Positions 25,392 to 38,298 of a stretch of 64,000 nt of DNA are shown here, in pieces. The first letter of the stretch is position 1, and every line of letters starts with the position of its first letter. The position numbers and the translations under genes are program-made. The notes beneath the pieces were generated by a model. That model did no database searches and was not told where the DNA came from. It was given only the letters and a program-made list of their open reading frames with translations. This DNA comes from Eledone cirrhosa (taxonomy: Eukaryota): contig OZ024740.1 in NCBI GenBank assembly GCA_964016885.1, positions 64,790,001 through 64,854,000 of the forward strand, read 5' to 3'.

Positions 25392-27213
25392 CAGGGGTCG
25401 GCAACCTTTTGGAGAGAGAGGGCCAAACAGCTATGCAGTGTCATGGAGGAGGGCCATGTTATTAAATATGGATGTTTAAAGCAAAACAAAGAATTTAATA
25501 TAATTTTATTTTAACAATATTTTACTTCAGGAATAACAAAAAAAAAAACAGAAAAAAAATACTACAAACACATTCAACAAAAAAAAAAAGCAAATTCCTT
25601 GCTACAAACGAAATACAGTTAGAAATGGTAAATGATTTATTGAGACACTTGTTTCTGCTTATTGTGCGATAACTTCTCCACATCAGGTGAAATATTTTTC
25701 GATGACAGGAACAAAACATCATCCAGGTGGTCGTCACGCAACCTTGTTCTTAAATGACTTTTAGTATATTTCATTTTGGAAAAAAGTTGTTACAAGCATA
25801 TGTACTTCCAAATAATGATATCATCAGTTTCGCATTAGTGAAGATGTTTTTATATTTTCCGCTTGGCAATATATATTTCTTGTAGAAGTCAGCAGTGGAT
25901 TCGAACTGAAATTTCGATTTCAAAGATTCGTCGCACTGTAAGTCAATTAACTCTAACTCATATTCTTCTGCCACTTGCTCCACATCTGTTTCGTAAGGAG
26001 TACCAAATAACTTAAATAGAGTTCCATATTGCCGGAAGTCAGCAAAACGAAAGGAAACTCGCTTCTCAAATCCTTAATAGAGCTCACAAAGATGTCTGGT
26101 ATTATATCTCTCTTGTGATTTTGGAGACTTGGGAAATGAAAGTAAACACTGTTGTAATGATTATGACGAGTTTCATAGTGCCGTTTAATATTTGAAACTT
26201 TCTTCACGGCAATGATTTCTTGACAAATTAAGCAAACATATTTTCCGAAGTGCTCAATGAAAAAATAGCTAAGTGTCCAGCCATCGTTAAAAGTAGGCAC
26301 TCCGAATCTACTTTTCTTTTCTTAGCATCTATGGGCTTGTTTTTGTTCAAACAAAAAAGATTTATGGAAAGGAAAAAGAACAAAAAGTATAATAATCAGA
26401 ATGAAGAAATAAGAAACAATGAAAACAAATGTAAATGCAAATACAGTAATGCGATAAAATATGATAATTGTGAATAAATTATATAAATCCAGGTTTCTAA
26501 CGACGTTGTTAGATCAGGGTTGTCATTTGTTTTTTTAAACCACTTTTGGCCTAATTCTAATAATAATAATTCACACAATTTATCACAAATAATTAAATAA
26601 ACGTTATTATCGAATAAAGATACCGACTGTATAGTTGTTAAACCACCTGACAACAAACTCAAATGAAAATACTCTGGGGAGGAGGGAACGAAGTATTCTT
26701 CCAAGGACAGCTTTACCTTGTGCCGGGGTGGGGGTCACAGGTAAGGTCAGGCAAATGAAGACGACAATAATTCACGAGTGATTTTATTGAATGACAATAT
26801 GGGTATAAAAGCGAGTCATGTGTACCGTAAGGTAGTATACCTTCCAGTCGCTGACGAAAATGCATACTTCCAGCCAACATTTGTGTTTGTTGACTGGAAC
26901 AAAAACACATACATGAAATCACAGGAAATAATAATACAGGTGATATAATGCTTGGCGGAAAGCCCAGGAAAAAAATGGATAAGAGGAAATAATAATAAAT
27001 GAAAAACATAATAAAGTTACAAAGGTATCTGTAAATATATACGGTATGAGCAGCGATTTGTGATGGGCATCAGGTCGACACAACCTTGAAGTGAACTACT
27101 GTATCTGTATTCGAAATTAATTAGATAATTAGTGTCCAGTGTAAGATGATGGGCCGGAAAAAAATCATTCGAGGGCCGGATGTGGCCCGCGGGGCGGGGG
27201 TTGCCGACGCTTG
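25392..27213 (-). mobile_element. Internally deleted hAT (Charlie/SPIN/GTF2IRD2-like) DNA transposon
   Basis: TIRs CAGGGGTCGGCAACC and GGTTGCCGACGCTTG; 8-bp TSD GTTTAGAA at 25384-25391 and 27214-27221; BED-like finger CLIC..KRHYETRH and dimerisation motif ELIDLQC..FGSTYAC. Confidence 0.9.
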
Positions 27214-30060
27214 GTTTAGAAGAATCGGTAAAGTCGCGGAGAAAATTATATTCATATTCTCGTTACGACTACTTCAGGTGTGTGGGTGGGTGGGGGTAGG
27301 GGGAGGTCGATTAAGTAAGTACCAGTCAAGTAAGTATGTCGAATAAATCCCACATTCTGCTATTTTCATGAAAAAAAATCATTATTACTAGTGCTAAGTG
27401 ACAGAATAACCATCTATCTATAGAAATGTCTTAATAATTTAGTTACCTCTGTGTACGACCAGATATAGTGTTCCAGCATATGAGTGTTTACTTCTTCGAT
27501 AATCCTTCTAGTGGAGGAAATCCAATCTACTAGCCGATCCTTCCATTATTTTTGCTTCATAATTCAGATAAAAATAATATTTTATAGTGCAAAGAACGTG
27601 AGTTGTATTTGAAGCTCGAAATGAGGAAGCATATTTCTATATTTAATAAAGATCTCTATAATTTATGAGCAACTTTTTTATTTTACTTTCTTCTTCATTC
27701 ACCTCGTAATTCATCCTCAAATGTAATACCGTGTTTACTGAAATCGTGTGTGGGTTCGTCTGTTTGTGTTCAGGATTTTTAACATATATTAAGTCCACCA
27801 ATGCTTTTTACCGGTCAGTCAGGTAGGAAAATACAGTCCCTCTTAATGACAGTAGAGTATTAAGATCTCCCCTTTCTAATGGATACTTAACCTGAATGTT
27901 GTCAAAGGTGTACATTTCCTTGAAGAACTCCAAGGATTTAACAGAGTGGCGAGTTAAATCTACCATTCAGAAGCCTGGAACAGAAAGAGCTTAGTACTGT
28001 TCATAGTCTTTGTTGTGAAGTGCCAGTGAATGTATCAATGTAGAGATGTTGGTTGAAGTAAGATAGACTTTTGGTGCAAGCCAGATTTATTAAACTATAT
28101 ATCATAGTGTGGTTATAGCAGTGCCTTATTTACCAGCGATGCCTGTAGCCAGACCACGGGTTTCAACTGAATTAGAACCCAGTAGAATGTGAAAGAGAAG
28201 AGAGTGAAGTTGTCTGGGTTTGGGATGCGTTGTTTTCATGATAAAAGGATATTTTGGTCAACATTTCATATGCGCAGATTTATCCATATAGACAAGAAAA
28301 AAAAATCTCAAGCTATCGCATCCATTGCTAGATGACTTTTGTATTATTGGCTACGAATGAGTAAAAGGCAACGGTTTGCAAATAAATGGGAGTTGGTGAA
28401 TGTAATTAAGGTAAGAAGTTCTTAAGTTTAAGTTCGATGTCATATCGTATCAAATTATCGTCGCAGTCAAATACATATTATCTTAGTCGTCTGTAGAAAT
28501 TACTTTCAACTGCCACATAAGGGAAATACATGACTGCAGGACGAAAAATATAAAAACAATATCAGCAAATTAAACCAAAAAATAACGCACATATGTTAGT
28601 TATTTAGCTGAAGTGCTTTCTTGAAATATAGATATTTCAAAACGTAATATACGGGAAAATTTAGCTGTCACTTTTTTCTCCATATTCGAAGATATCAATC
28701 ATAATAAGCTATTGAATATCCAGATAGCTTCTTGGAATTGTTGATGTGATGCAAAACTATTATTGCGTAGCAATATTTTACCTGCTAAAACAGTAAGAAT
28801 ACATATAAAAAGCGACACATATCATATAGACGATTTGAAAATGTTTCTGCCTTCTTTTCTTTTAGAGCTAAATAAATTTTTCTCAGAAACATTTGTATTC
28901 GCATATTTCATCTATATTAGTTGCACAAATTTCTATTTCATTTTGTAAAATGTAGTAAATAAATGGAAACGAGTGGTTGTAAATTACATTATGTTTAGCT
29001 GGCTATATTTTATCTATAATAGGAACTGTTCTCTGACTTTTACAGTGTATTGGCATATTGTAGTTGATGCATAGTGGATGGCAACCAATGAAGCTTCCAT
29101 GCGCATAATTGACAATGTACCACATGACATAAACATATATAATGGTAATCCAACTATTGTATATTCTTCCACAACAAATAGCTTGAATGAATCTTATAGA
29201 CAATATGTGTGAGTATTTGGGTCTCCTTTCAAAGTAGATCACTCATGGCACTCCGTTCACATTTAATAAATGTAAAATTTCTGTCTGATTGACTCTCTGT
29301 CTGCTTGCCCGTATCTCACCCTCTTTCTCTCTTTCTCTCTTTCTCTCTATCACTCTCTCTCTGTATTTTCCTGTATCTTTTAATAGGTGTAACATTTTCG
29401 CGTTTCTCTCTCACTTGTCCTCTCAATTTCAAGACATTGCCCTCAAGTATTTAATATGTGCAGACTACAACGTTTGATATACTTTTAAACCAACAGAATG
29501 TAAGAAGTGGGAGACCGACTGCGATATCCTACTAGCGGAGTCACCCATTGGGCACATGGTCAAAAACATTTAAATCGTAGCAACGCCGATTCTCCGGAAT
29601 TTGAACCTATGTCTAGTAGATCAAATAAGGCTGAGTTTCTCAATGTATCGAGCTTACATGTAGTATTATTTGAAGGATTGGCATTTCTAATCTGGTACTG
29701 CGAGGTAGCAAATCCTTAAAGTTTTTATGATCCAATATCATTTAATAAATAAACATTATAGGTATCGTAGTACAGTTAGTTCATAACATTCTAAATCTCT
29801 TAATATATCTGTGGTCCCGCTAAATGAAACACATCGGAAATCACCTATGATATACAATCGAGGACGATATTGTATATTATGGTAGTTTATCACTCAAGAA
29901 CTCAGAATTCAAAGAGCCGGAACAAATAAGGCAAAATGTCTCACTTGAACATCTAACGATTCATAATTATCTGGGGCTTTATCCTTTATTTTATTGACCC
30001 ACGAAATAATGAAGTCGTAGTAAGTTGTAAATTATAGACACTTGTACGTTGCCAAATGCC

Positions 30061-30063
<3 letters not shown>

Positions 30064-30119
<56 letters not shown>

Positions 30120-30156
30120 GCACGCACGCGCGCGCACGCACGCACACACGCACGCA

Positions 30157-30251
<95 letters not shown>
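30064..30251. repeat. (CA)n/(CACG)n/(TA)n microsatellite
   Basis: Directly visible. Confidence 0.95.
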
Positions 30252-30252
<1 letters not shown>

Positions 30253-30660
30253 AATGTAATCTGAGTTCATCGAATATGAATAATGATATTCGATCCTTTT
30301 GAAATTATGCAAACAGCCTCTTTTAAGCTATGTCAGTTGAATGAGACCTCGGGTGTCATTCTACCGACATGGCTTAAAAGAAGTTCTTTGTATAATTGCA
30401 AACGAATCGTATATCACTATCAATATTCGAATTTGCGGAGGATTGGCAGTATCGGCAGAGGGTCGCATACCATGATTTGCAGCATATAGTTACGGTCATT
30501 TATGATCTGATTTCAAATCCCACCGAGGTTAACTTTGCCTTCCATCCTTACGGGGTCGATAAAATAAAGTACCAGTCATAAAGTAGGGTGATTGCTGGCC
30601 TTGAGCCCAAAGTAGAAACAATTATTAATATTCGAAAAACTCAGATTACATTTATTGTAT
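30252..30660. mobile_element. Foldback element (same family as 21376-22030) interrupted by a SINE
   Basis: Inverted arms meet around 30345-30355, and the right arm resumes after the SINE. Confidence 0.65.
30432..30626 (+). mobile_element. tRNA-derived SINE with a 10-bp TSD
   Basis: AATATTCGAA at 30422-30431 and 30627-30636; core as at 13372. Confidence 0.85.
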
Positions 30661-31029
30661 TCAGCCATGTAGAGCAATAACTATTTGTTATATATATTTA
30701 TATATCAGAATGGAGGCGGTAAAAACTACAGTTAGACTATTACTCACCAGAGTATTCAATACTTGGGGCAGTAGAGTGGTAATATAACAAATTCGGGACC
30801 GACGGCTGAGTTCCGGCCGTTTCAACGATTTAGCTGTATAAACGGCCGGAGATCAGCCGTCGGAGTCCCGAATTTTTCATAGATCCCGTTAAGGGTGAAA
30901 GCAGCGATTCTTTTCTTAAACTTTAATCTGTTATTTTAATAAATATTTGCTCTAGGGTTCTTATATATTTGGTATATATTTATCCTTATCGAGCCCTCTT
31001 TGGATTTCAGTCTTCACATTTATTATTAT

Positions 31030-31095
<66 letters not shown>

Positions 31096-31121
31096 CCAAA
31101 TATACTAATACTATACATATA

Positions 31122-31161
<40 letters not shown>

Positions 31162-31529
31162 CGTGTTCGGCAAGTAATTGCGGTTTTCCAGAAAAGATAT
31201 AAAAACGAACATAAACTATGTTCATCTGAATAATTTTAATCAAAAATGTAATCAGCATCGTTTTCAACAACTGCATCCCAACGAGAAGACAGATTTCTGA
31301 TGCCACGTTCAAAGAAACCTATTTCTTTTCTTGAAAAATAGTCTGGAAGACTATTGTCAACTTCCTCTCAGTTTCGGAATGATCTGCTTCTTATAAAATG
31401 TTCTAGAGATCGGAACAGATGGAAATTCGTAGGTGCTAAGTTAAATGAGTATGCAGGATTTGGAAGAACTTCCCATCATAATGATCTTATGATTTCTTGT
31501 TTTGCAGAGTGTGGATTAGCATTTGTTAC

Positions 31530-32256
31530 TGACATAGACTTCACCGATGACGTTGTCTTGATCACAGAGGAAATCAGCCAAGCTCAAGCACTGTTCACAT
31601 GCAAAGAAGACCGAAAGCATGAACTACAATCAGGTTGATCCAGCTCCAGTTCTTGCTAAGGACGGTACAACAATCAAAACAGTTGAGAACTTTAAGTATC
31701 TTGGTGTATGGATGCACAGCTCACGCAAAGACTTTGAAGTTAGAAAAGCACTCGCATGGTCGGCATGCCACAAGCTACTGAAGGCGTGGAAGTCCGACCT
31801 AAACCGCAAAATCAAGGAGCACTTCTTCCTAGCAACTGTTGAGTTCGTTCTGATTTACGGCAGTGAAACGTGGACTATTGACAGAATGCTATGCAAGAGA
31901 CTTGACGGATGTTACACGAGGATGCTGAGAATGGCTCTCAACATTTCGTGGAAACAGAAGCTGACAAATAAAGAACTATACAGATCACTACCACCAGTCT
32001 CAACAAGAGTTGCCTACCGACGAATGAAACTGGCTGGGCACTGTATCCTTCATTCAGAATAGATAGTATTACAACTTGTGCTCTGCAAACTGGCGGTCGG
32101 ACGAAGAAGCGTGGAAGACAGGCCATCTCATTCATTGATACCCTGCTAGAGATGCGTTGAGAACACGGACGAACTGAGAAACGTCATGCACTACCGGAAA
32201 GATAGGAGAAAACGTACTGAATATTTGTGAGTGCAAACTCGGCCGAAGAAGAAGAA
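31530..32256 (+). mobile_element. 5'-truncated RTE-like LINE fragment
   Basis: DIDFTDDVVL, VENFKYLG, LIYGSETWT, RMLRMALNISW, LAGHC; short (GAA)n tail. Confidence 0.8.
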
Positions 32257-33175
32257 TGTTGGCGAATAACACATTTTCTGTTTTTTCTGTTTAAGGACAC
32301 TTTCCACGTCATTTTCAATTTACACGATCAAGCTGTTGGAAATAGATATCTGCATTGATGGTCCTTCTATGTTCCAGTAGCTCATAATGGATGATAATGG
32401 ATGATACATTTCATCTGCCACCAAACACAGAGGAATGATGTTTTTGGATGGAGAACTTATTTTGGTGTTGATACTGTCAGTTCAATACGTGATAACCATT
32501 GTTTTATTTCATTATTTGTTGTATCTGTTGTGATGTAAAACCAATTTGTCATCACCTATAACAATGTGCTTCAGAAATGGAAAATGGTTATTCGTAGTTA
32601 GAAGACTGCTGCAGATGTTCGAACCTTGTGTTCGGTTCGAAAGCGTAAGCTCATGTGCAACCCAAATTCTCCATTTTCATCTTTCCCCAATTTGATTGAG
32701 ACTTTCGTAGATAGTTGAACGCGACACATTATATTTATGCGCCAAATCTCTAGTGATATGATGTGGAGCCGATACAATAGTCTCATTCAAACGGTCCTCA
32801 TCGGAATGAGTCGACTTGTAGAGCGACTTTTGTCGGATGTGTCACAATTGCCATTTTTAGACCTTTTAAACCATAGCTGACATGTACGATACACTTCACA
32901 ACTGTGTTTTCACTGCGTCTGCAGCGGGACTGTTCTATCGAAACCCAGACAGTAAGCAATGGGGAATATGTTGTTTCATAAAGGTATTATCCTCCATGGG
33001 GTTAATTACCGAAATAGTTACGAATAAAACATTTACGGTTAGAATAGATGATATACTGAATCATTTAAAACAGCCACCGAACTTGGTTGATTCACATTTC
33101 ATAGTGGTGAAAAACGCAATTACCTTCTGAACAGAAACAAAAAATATATATTGAATATGGCTTCGTATTATTTAT

Positions 33176-33211
<36 letters not shown>

Positions 33212-33223
33212 CAATATATATAT

Positions 33224-33263
<40 letters not shown>

Positions 33264-33266
<3 letters not shown>

Positions 33267-35530
33267 AGGAGGTTATAGTTCACTTGAAGCATTGTGTAAT
33301 GAGGTATAAACGTTAGAATATGTGTAATAAGGCCAAGACAATGCAGATATGGACATAGAAAAAGAATGCAATAGTGAGAGATATTGATGAGAATTCGTCT
33401 TTCACCTTGAATTTATTTAAATGTCCTTAATTTTCGAGATAATATCTCTTCTTCGGAGGGAAGTAAAAGTCTCAGACCAGCGTCTTAAATTTCCAATGAA
33501 GCCATGCTGACCGGAAATAGTATAGAGTTCTAACTTTAATATCAAAGAATTAAAATTAGGTGGGTAAAGAGTAGTCTCCCTTTAAGAGGGGTTTGTTTAT
33601 GTTTTTGTTGTGTTTTTTAAATTTTATATGCGTGCCTGTATATGTGTGTGGGAGAAAGCATGAAGGTGTAGGTATGTGTGTGTGTGAGTGTGGGAAGATA
33701 GGTCTAATCGTAAAAGTGGGGGGTAGGTGTTATCTGGTGTTAGAACTGGTTTTGTGTGTGTATGTGTGAGAGAGAATAAGTGGAGGTGTGTGCGTGCGTG
33801 TGTGTGGGGTGTGTAAAGTGGGGCTAGAGGCCCTATCAGGTTATAAATTGGGTGTTGAGCTCTAGTCTATTATTGATTGGTGGATGTGTTCTATCTATAA
33901 TGAGTGCTTCCTTGATTCTAAGATTACCGAGGTTTCTTTCTTTAGTTTCTATCCTAACTGTTATGTTTTTATCAGTGTTTTTGCATTTAACTAGGTGTTT
34001 CTTAAATGAGGAAGCGTTAGTATTGAGGTGTTCTTTTATTCTTATGTGGAGTGGTCTGGTGGTGCTACCTACGTAGAAGTTGTTGCATTTGTCACACTCT
34101 AGTCTGTAAACTACGTAAGCCTGGTGGCATAGATCTGTGTCGTTGATGGGGCAGTTGGCTAGTCTGCAGCAGTTGTCATGTCTGGTGGAGTGTCTCTTAG
34201 CTAGCCGTCCACGCAAGGAAGGACCCGAATGGGCCAGTTGAATATCCAGACCTTCTCGTCTGATGGCTCTGCGGATGGCTGTTGTTGTTTCTTCACTGAA
34301 GTGTGGGAGCTTCAGGAAGCAAGTGTTAGTGCCTCGGGTGTGGTGTCCTCTGTTCTTTCTGGCACGGTTTGTGGTGGATGTCGTGTATCCGTTCAGTTTG
34401 AGTACTTCCAGGAAATGTGTGGTGTGTGTGTCTCGGTCTCTGGCGTCGGTGCATTTGTTCTTGATACGTGCCAGTTCGTTCTTTATGTATCCGAACTTGG
34501 CACCGAGTGGGAGGGCCGATCTGAAATGTACGAACAGGTCCCTGCTGGCGGATTTTTTATAGAAGCAGGTGTGGATGTTGCCTTCCTCTGTTACCCTGAG
34601 TTGGAAGTCCAGCAGGGATAGGGATCCGCGGTCATCGGGGTGTTCTATGCTGAACTTTATACTGGCGTCCATGCTGGAGAATGTTGTGTATATTTTCTCT
34701 GCCTCTTCACGGGATGATGTAAGGATGAGTATGTCATCTACATATCGGGTGAAGAAGGCATGGGAATGGCAGGTGTTGAGGGCTCGGCATTCTAGCTGGT
34801 TCATGTAAGTGATGGCCAGCAGGCCAGAGAGGCTGGATCCCATGGGTAATCCTGTTGTCTGTCTGTATGTGTGGTGGTGGAAGGTGAAGTACGTGTTGTC
34901 TACTGTGAAGGACAAAAGTTGGTGTATGTCCGTCGGGTGGAGGCCGTAGCAGTGGATGTTCTCTGCGACCACGCAGTCCGTCAATAAATCGACAGCTGGG
35001 TGAGCGGGGACTGTAGTGTAGAGGGAGACAACGTCGAGGCTAAAAGCGTATTTATTAAGTTTAAGTTGTTCTGGCTGGAGTTGGTGTAATCTACGTATAA
35101 CTTCGTCGGAGCTACTGACATGTCCGGGGAAGGTGGAGAGTAGAGGCTTGAGGACCTGGGAGAGAAGCCAGGAAATTTTGTATAGGGGTCCTTCTATGCT
35201 AGAGACGATGGGTCTTATATGCGTCTTAGTGCTATTCTTGTGGGTCTTGATGAGGTGGTAGAAAGTGGGCAGTCTGCTATTTCTAGTGGTGTAGTTGAGT
35301 TTAATTTTATTCGGGAGTTGTCTTCTCCTACAGATATCGAACCAAATGGAGTTGGTCTGTTTTTCGATTTGGGCTGCGGTCATGTCCGGGATCACTGTGT
35401 ACAGTTCACTGTCGCTTAGGTGTTCGAAGGCTAGGTTATTGTATGTGGCTTGAGAGATGACGCAGAACTCTTTACCTTTGTCGGATGGTAAGTAAATAAG
35501 TTCCTTATTCCGTAGGTTCTTCAGGGCGAG
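33264..35530 (-). mobile_element. Inverted 5'-truncated copy of the Penelope/Poseidon element
   Basis: Reverse complement of 36604-38829 plus ~40 nt running into the ORF start; HHR at 33424-33461 (-). Confidence 0.95.
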
Positions 35531-35587
35531 GTCTGAGACTTTTACTTCCCTCCGAAGAAGAGATATTATCTCGAAAATTAAGGACAT
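33836..35587 (-). CDS. Chimeric PLE RT + GIY-YIG ORF (583 aa) formed at the inversion junction
   Basis: The first 19 aa come from antisense pLTR; the rest matches the 860 aa ORF from LALKNLRNK onward. Confidence 0.6.
   Translation of the reverse strand: MSLIFEIISLLRREVKVSDLALKNLRNKELIYLPSDKGKEFCVISQATYNNLAFEHLSDSELYTVIPDMTAAQIEKQTNSIWFDICRRRQLPNKIKLNYTTRNSRLPTFYHLIKTHKNSTKTHIRPIVSSIEGPLYKISWLLSQVLKPLLSTFPGHVSSSDEVIRRLHQLQPEQLKLNKYAFSLDVVSLYTTVPAHPAVDLLTDCVVAENIHCYGLHPTDIHQLLSFTVDNTYFTFHHHTYRQTTGLPMGSSLSGLLAITYMNQLECRALNTCHSHAFFTRYVDDILILTSSREEAEKIYTTFSSMDASIKFSIEHPDDRGSLSLLDFQLRVTEEGNIHTCFYKKSASRDLFVHFRSALPLGAKFGYIKNELARIKNKCTDARDRDTHTTHFLEVLKLNGYTTSTTNRARKNRGHHTRGTNTCFLKLPHFSEETTTAIRRAIRREGLDIQLAHSGPSLRGRLAKRHSTRHDNCCRLANCPINDTDLCHQAYVVYRLECDKCNNFYVGSTTRPLHIRIKEHLNTNASSFKKHLVKCKNTDKNITVRIETKERNLGNLRIKEALIIDRTHPPINNRLELNTQFIT
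35547..35584 (+). ncRNA. Minimal HHR, CCGAAGA variant (5' pLTR)
   Basis: CCT-CCGAAGA-aGAGAT att ATCTC-GAAA-AT-TA-AGG; loopless palindromic stem III (AATT). Confidence 0.7.
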
Positions 35588-35715
35588 TTAAATAAATTCA
35601 AGGTGAAAGACGAATTCTCATCAATATCTCTCACTATTGCATTCTTTTTCTATGTCCATATCTGCATTGTCTTGGCCTTATTACACATATTCTAACGTTT
35701 ATACCTCATTACACA

Positions 35716-38298
35716 ATGCTTCAAGTGAACTATAACCTCCTCCTTTCATTACGCCTGAGCCAGGCCCAGTTCACAACTGTAAAGAAACTCTTCCAGCTAT
35801 CTGAAAAGCGCGCCAAAGCCGGCTGCCAAATAAATTTCCTAAAACGATGCCTGAACAACAACATCATTCCCAAAACCATCAAAAATGTACACCTACCAAC
35901 ATGCTTCAATTCACCAGGCCTCAAACGATCACTCAGTTACATACAAAAATTCTGCCTAAGAAAACTCATACAACACCTACACCGCACGCTACAACATCAC
36001 ATACGGACTATCTCCAGCCTTGTACCACAACTCGCTGAAACCCCAGAACCTCTGTCCAAGGTCATCTCCGCCACTATAGACAGGTCATACCACCACCGCC
36101 GAGACTACGAGAAAAAACGCCTAACACAAAAATTTCTCAAACTCAGGACGGCCAACTGTCTTAACAACATCCCAACGCCAAATACCAACAGAGGCGAACA
36201 ATACGTTACCAACACCGAACCTAGCGGCACCCCGACCAACAACAAACCTGACGCAAAACACCTCGTCACAGACTTGACAGGATCCCTCTCCCGAGAGGAA
36301 TTAGACCTCCTCAGCCTGGGTCCCAAGTTCATATTGAAACAGAGACTGGACGACAGACTATGGCTCGACATAGAAACGAATTTCTGTCGAACTGCCTACC
36401 AACTGAAATGGATATCGACTCTCGACAACAACACCACGGAATCCACCACACCCAGATTCCCGATATACCAACTAGATCGCCCACTCTATCCACCGCCCGC
36501 CAACCGCGAGCTGGAAGAAAAACTCTCGAGACTAAAACATTCCGTATTTAACATCTTACGGAAACAGAAGAAGATGGCCCCTAACCTCTCCAGGACACAA
36601 CAACTCGCCCTGAAGAACCTACGGAATAAGGAACTTATTTACTTACCATCCGACAAAGGTAAAGAGTTCTGCGTCATCTCTCAAGCCACATACAATAACC
36701 TAGCCTTCGAACACCTAAGCGACAGTGAACTGTACACAGTGATCCCGGACATGACCGCAGCCCAAATCGAAAAACAGACCAACTCCATTTGGTTCGATAT
36801 CTGTAGGAGAAGACAACTCCCGAATAAAATTAAACTCAACTACACCACTAGAAATAGCAGACTGCCCACTTTCTACCACCTCATCAAGACCCACAAGAAT
36901 AGCACTAAGACGCATATAAGACCCATCGTCTCTAGCATAGAAGGACCCCTATACAAAATTTCCTGGCTTCTCTCCCAGGTCCTCAAGCCTCTACTCTCCA
37001 CCTTCCCCGGACATGTCAGTAGCTCCGACGAAGTTATACGTAGATTACACCAACTCCAGCCAGAACAACTTAAACTTAATAAATACGCTTTTAGCCTCGA
37101 CGTTGTCTCCCTCTACACTACAGTCCCCGCTCACCCAGCTGTCGATTTATTGACGGACTGCGTGGTCGCAGAGAACATCCACTGCTACGGCCTCCACCCG
37201 ACGGACATACACCAACTTTTGTCCTTCACAGTAGACAACACGTACTTCACCTTCCACCACCACACATACAGACAGACAACAGGATTACCCATGGGATCCA
37301 GCCTCTCTGGCCTGCTGGCCATCACTTACATGAACCAGCTAGAATGCCGAGCCCTCAACACCTGCCATTCCCATGCCTTCTTCACCCGATATGTAGATGA
37401 CATACTCATCCTTACATCATCCCGTGAAGAGGCAGAGAAAATATACACAACATTCTCCAGCATGGACGCCAGTATAAAGTTCAGCATAGAACACCCCGAT
37501 GACCGCGGATCCCTATCCCTGCTGGACTTCCAACTCAGGGTAACAGAGGAAGGCAACATCCACACCTGCTTCTATAAAAAATCCGCCAGCAGGGACCTGT
37601 TCGTACATTTCAGATCGGCCCTCCCACTCGGTGCCAAGTTCGGATACATAAAGAACGAACTGGCACGTATCAAGAACAAATGCACCGACGCCAGAGACCG
37701 AGACACACACACCACACATTTCCTGGAAGTACTCAAACTGAACGGATACACGACATCCACCACAAACCGTGCCAGAAAGAACAGAGGACACCACACCCGA
37801 GGCACTAACACTTGCTTCCTGAAGCTCCCACACTTCAGTGAAGAAACAACAACAGCCATCCGCAGAGCCATCAGACGAGAAGGTCTGGATATTCAACTGG
37901 CCCATTCGGGTCCTTCCTTGCGTGGACGGCTAGCTAAGAGACACTCCACCAGACATGACAACTGCTGCAGACTAGCCAACTGCCCCATCAACGACACAGA
38001 TCTATGCCACCAGGCTTACGTAGTTTACAGACTAGAGTGTGACAAATGCAACAACTTCTACGTAGGTAGCACCACCAGACCACTCCACATAAGAATAAAA
38101 GAACACCTCAATACTAACGCTTCCTCATTTAAGAAACACCTAGTTAAATGCAAAAACACTGATAAAAACATAACAGTTAGGATAGAAACTAAAGAAAGAA
38201 ACCTCGGTAATCTTAGAATCAAGGAAGCACTCATTATAGATAGAACACATCCACCAATCAATAATAGACTAGAGCTCAACACCCAATTTATAACCTGA
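35716..38298 (+). CDS. PLE polyprotein: reverse transcriptase + C-terminal GIY-YIG endonuclease (860 aa)
   Basis: LLSLGPKF, SDKG, IKTHK, RPIVS, SLDVVSLYT, GLPMGSSLS, RYVDD, VVYRLECDKC..YVGST..RIKEH, KEA. Confidence 0.95.
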   Translation: MLQVNYNLLLSLRLSQAQFTTVKKLFQLSEKRAKAGCQINFLKRCLNNNIIPKTIKNVHLPTCFNSPGLKRSLSYIQKFCLRKLIQHLHRTLQHHIRTISSLVPQLAETPEPLSKVISATIDRSYHHRRDYEKKRLTQKFLKLRTANCLNNIPTPNTNRGEQYVTNTEPSGTPTNNKPDAKHLVTDLTGSLSREELDLLSLGPKFILKQRLDDRLWLDIETNFCRTAYQLKWISTLDNNTTESTTPRFPIYQLDRPLYPPPANRELEEKLSRLKHSVFNILRKQKKMAPNLSRTQQLALKNLRNKELIYLPSDKGKEFCVISQATYNNLAFEHLSDSELYTVIPDMTAAQIEKQTNSIWFDICRRRQLPNKIKLNYTTRNSRLPTFYHLIKTHKNSTKTHIRPIVSSIEGPLYKISWLLSQVLKPLLSTFPGHVSSSDEVIRRLHQLQPEQLKLNKYAFSLDVVSLYTTVPAHPAVDLLTDCVVAENIHCYGLHPTDIHQLLSFTVDNTYFTFHHHTYRQTTGLPMGSSLSGLLAITYMNQLECRALNTCHSHAFFTRYVDDILILTSSREEAEKIYTTFSSMDASIKFSIEHPDDRGSLSLLDFQLRVTEEGNIHTCFYKKSASRDLFVHFRSALPLGAKFGYIKNELARIKNKCTDARDRDTHTTHFLEVLKLNGYTTSTTNRARKNRGHHTRGTNTCFLKLPHFSEETTTAIRRAIRREGLDIQLAHSGPSLRGRLAKRHSTRHDNCCRLANCPINDTDLCHQAYVVYRLECDKCNNFYVGSTTRPLHIRIKEHLNTNASSFKKHLVKCKNTDKNITVRIETKERNLGNLRIKEALIIDRTHPPINNRLELNTQFIT

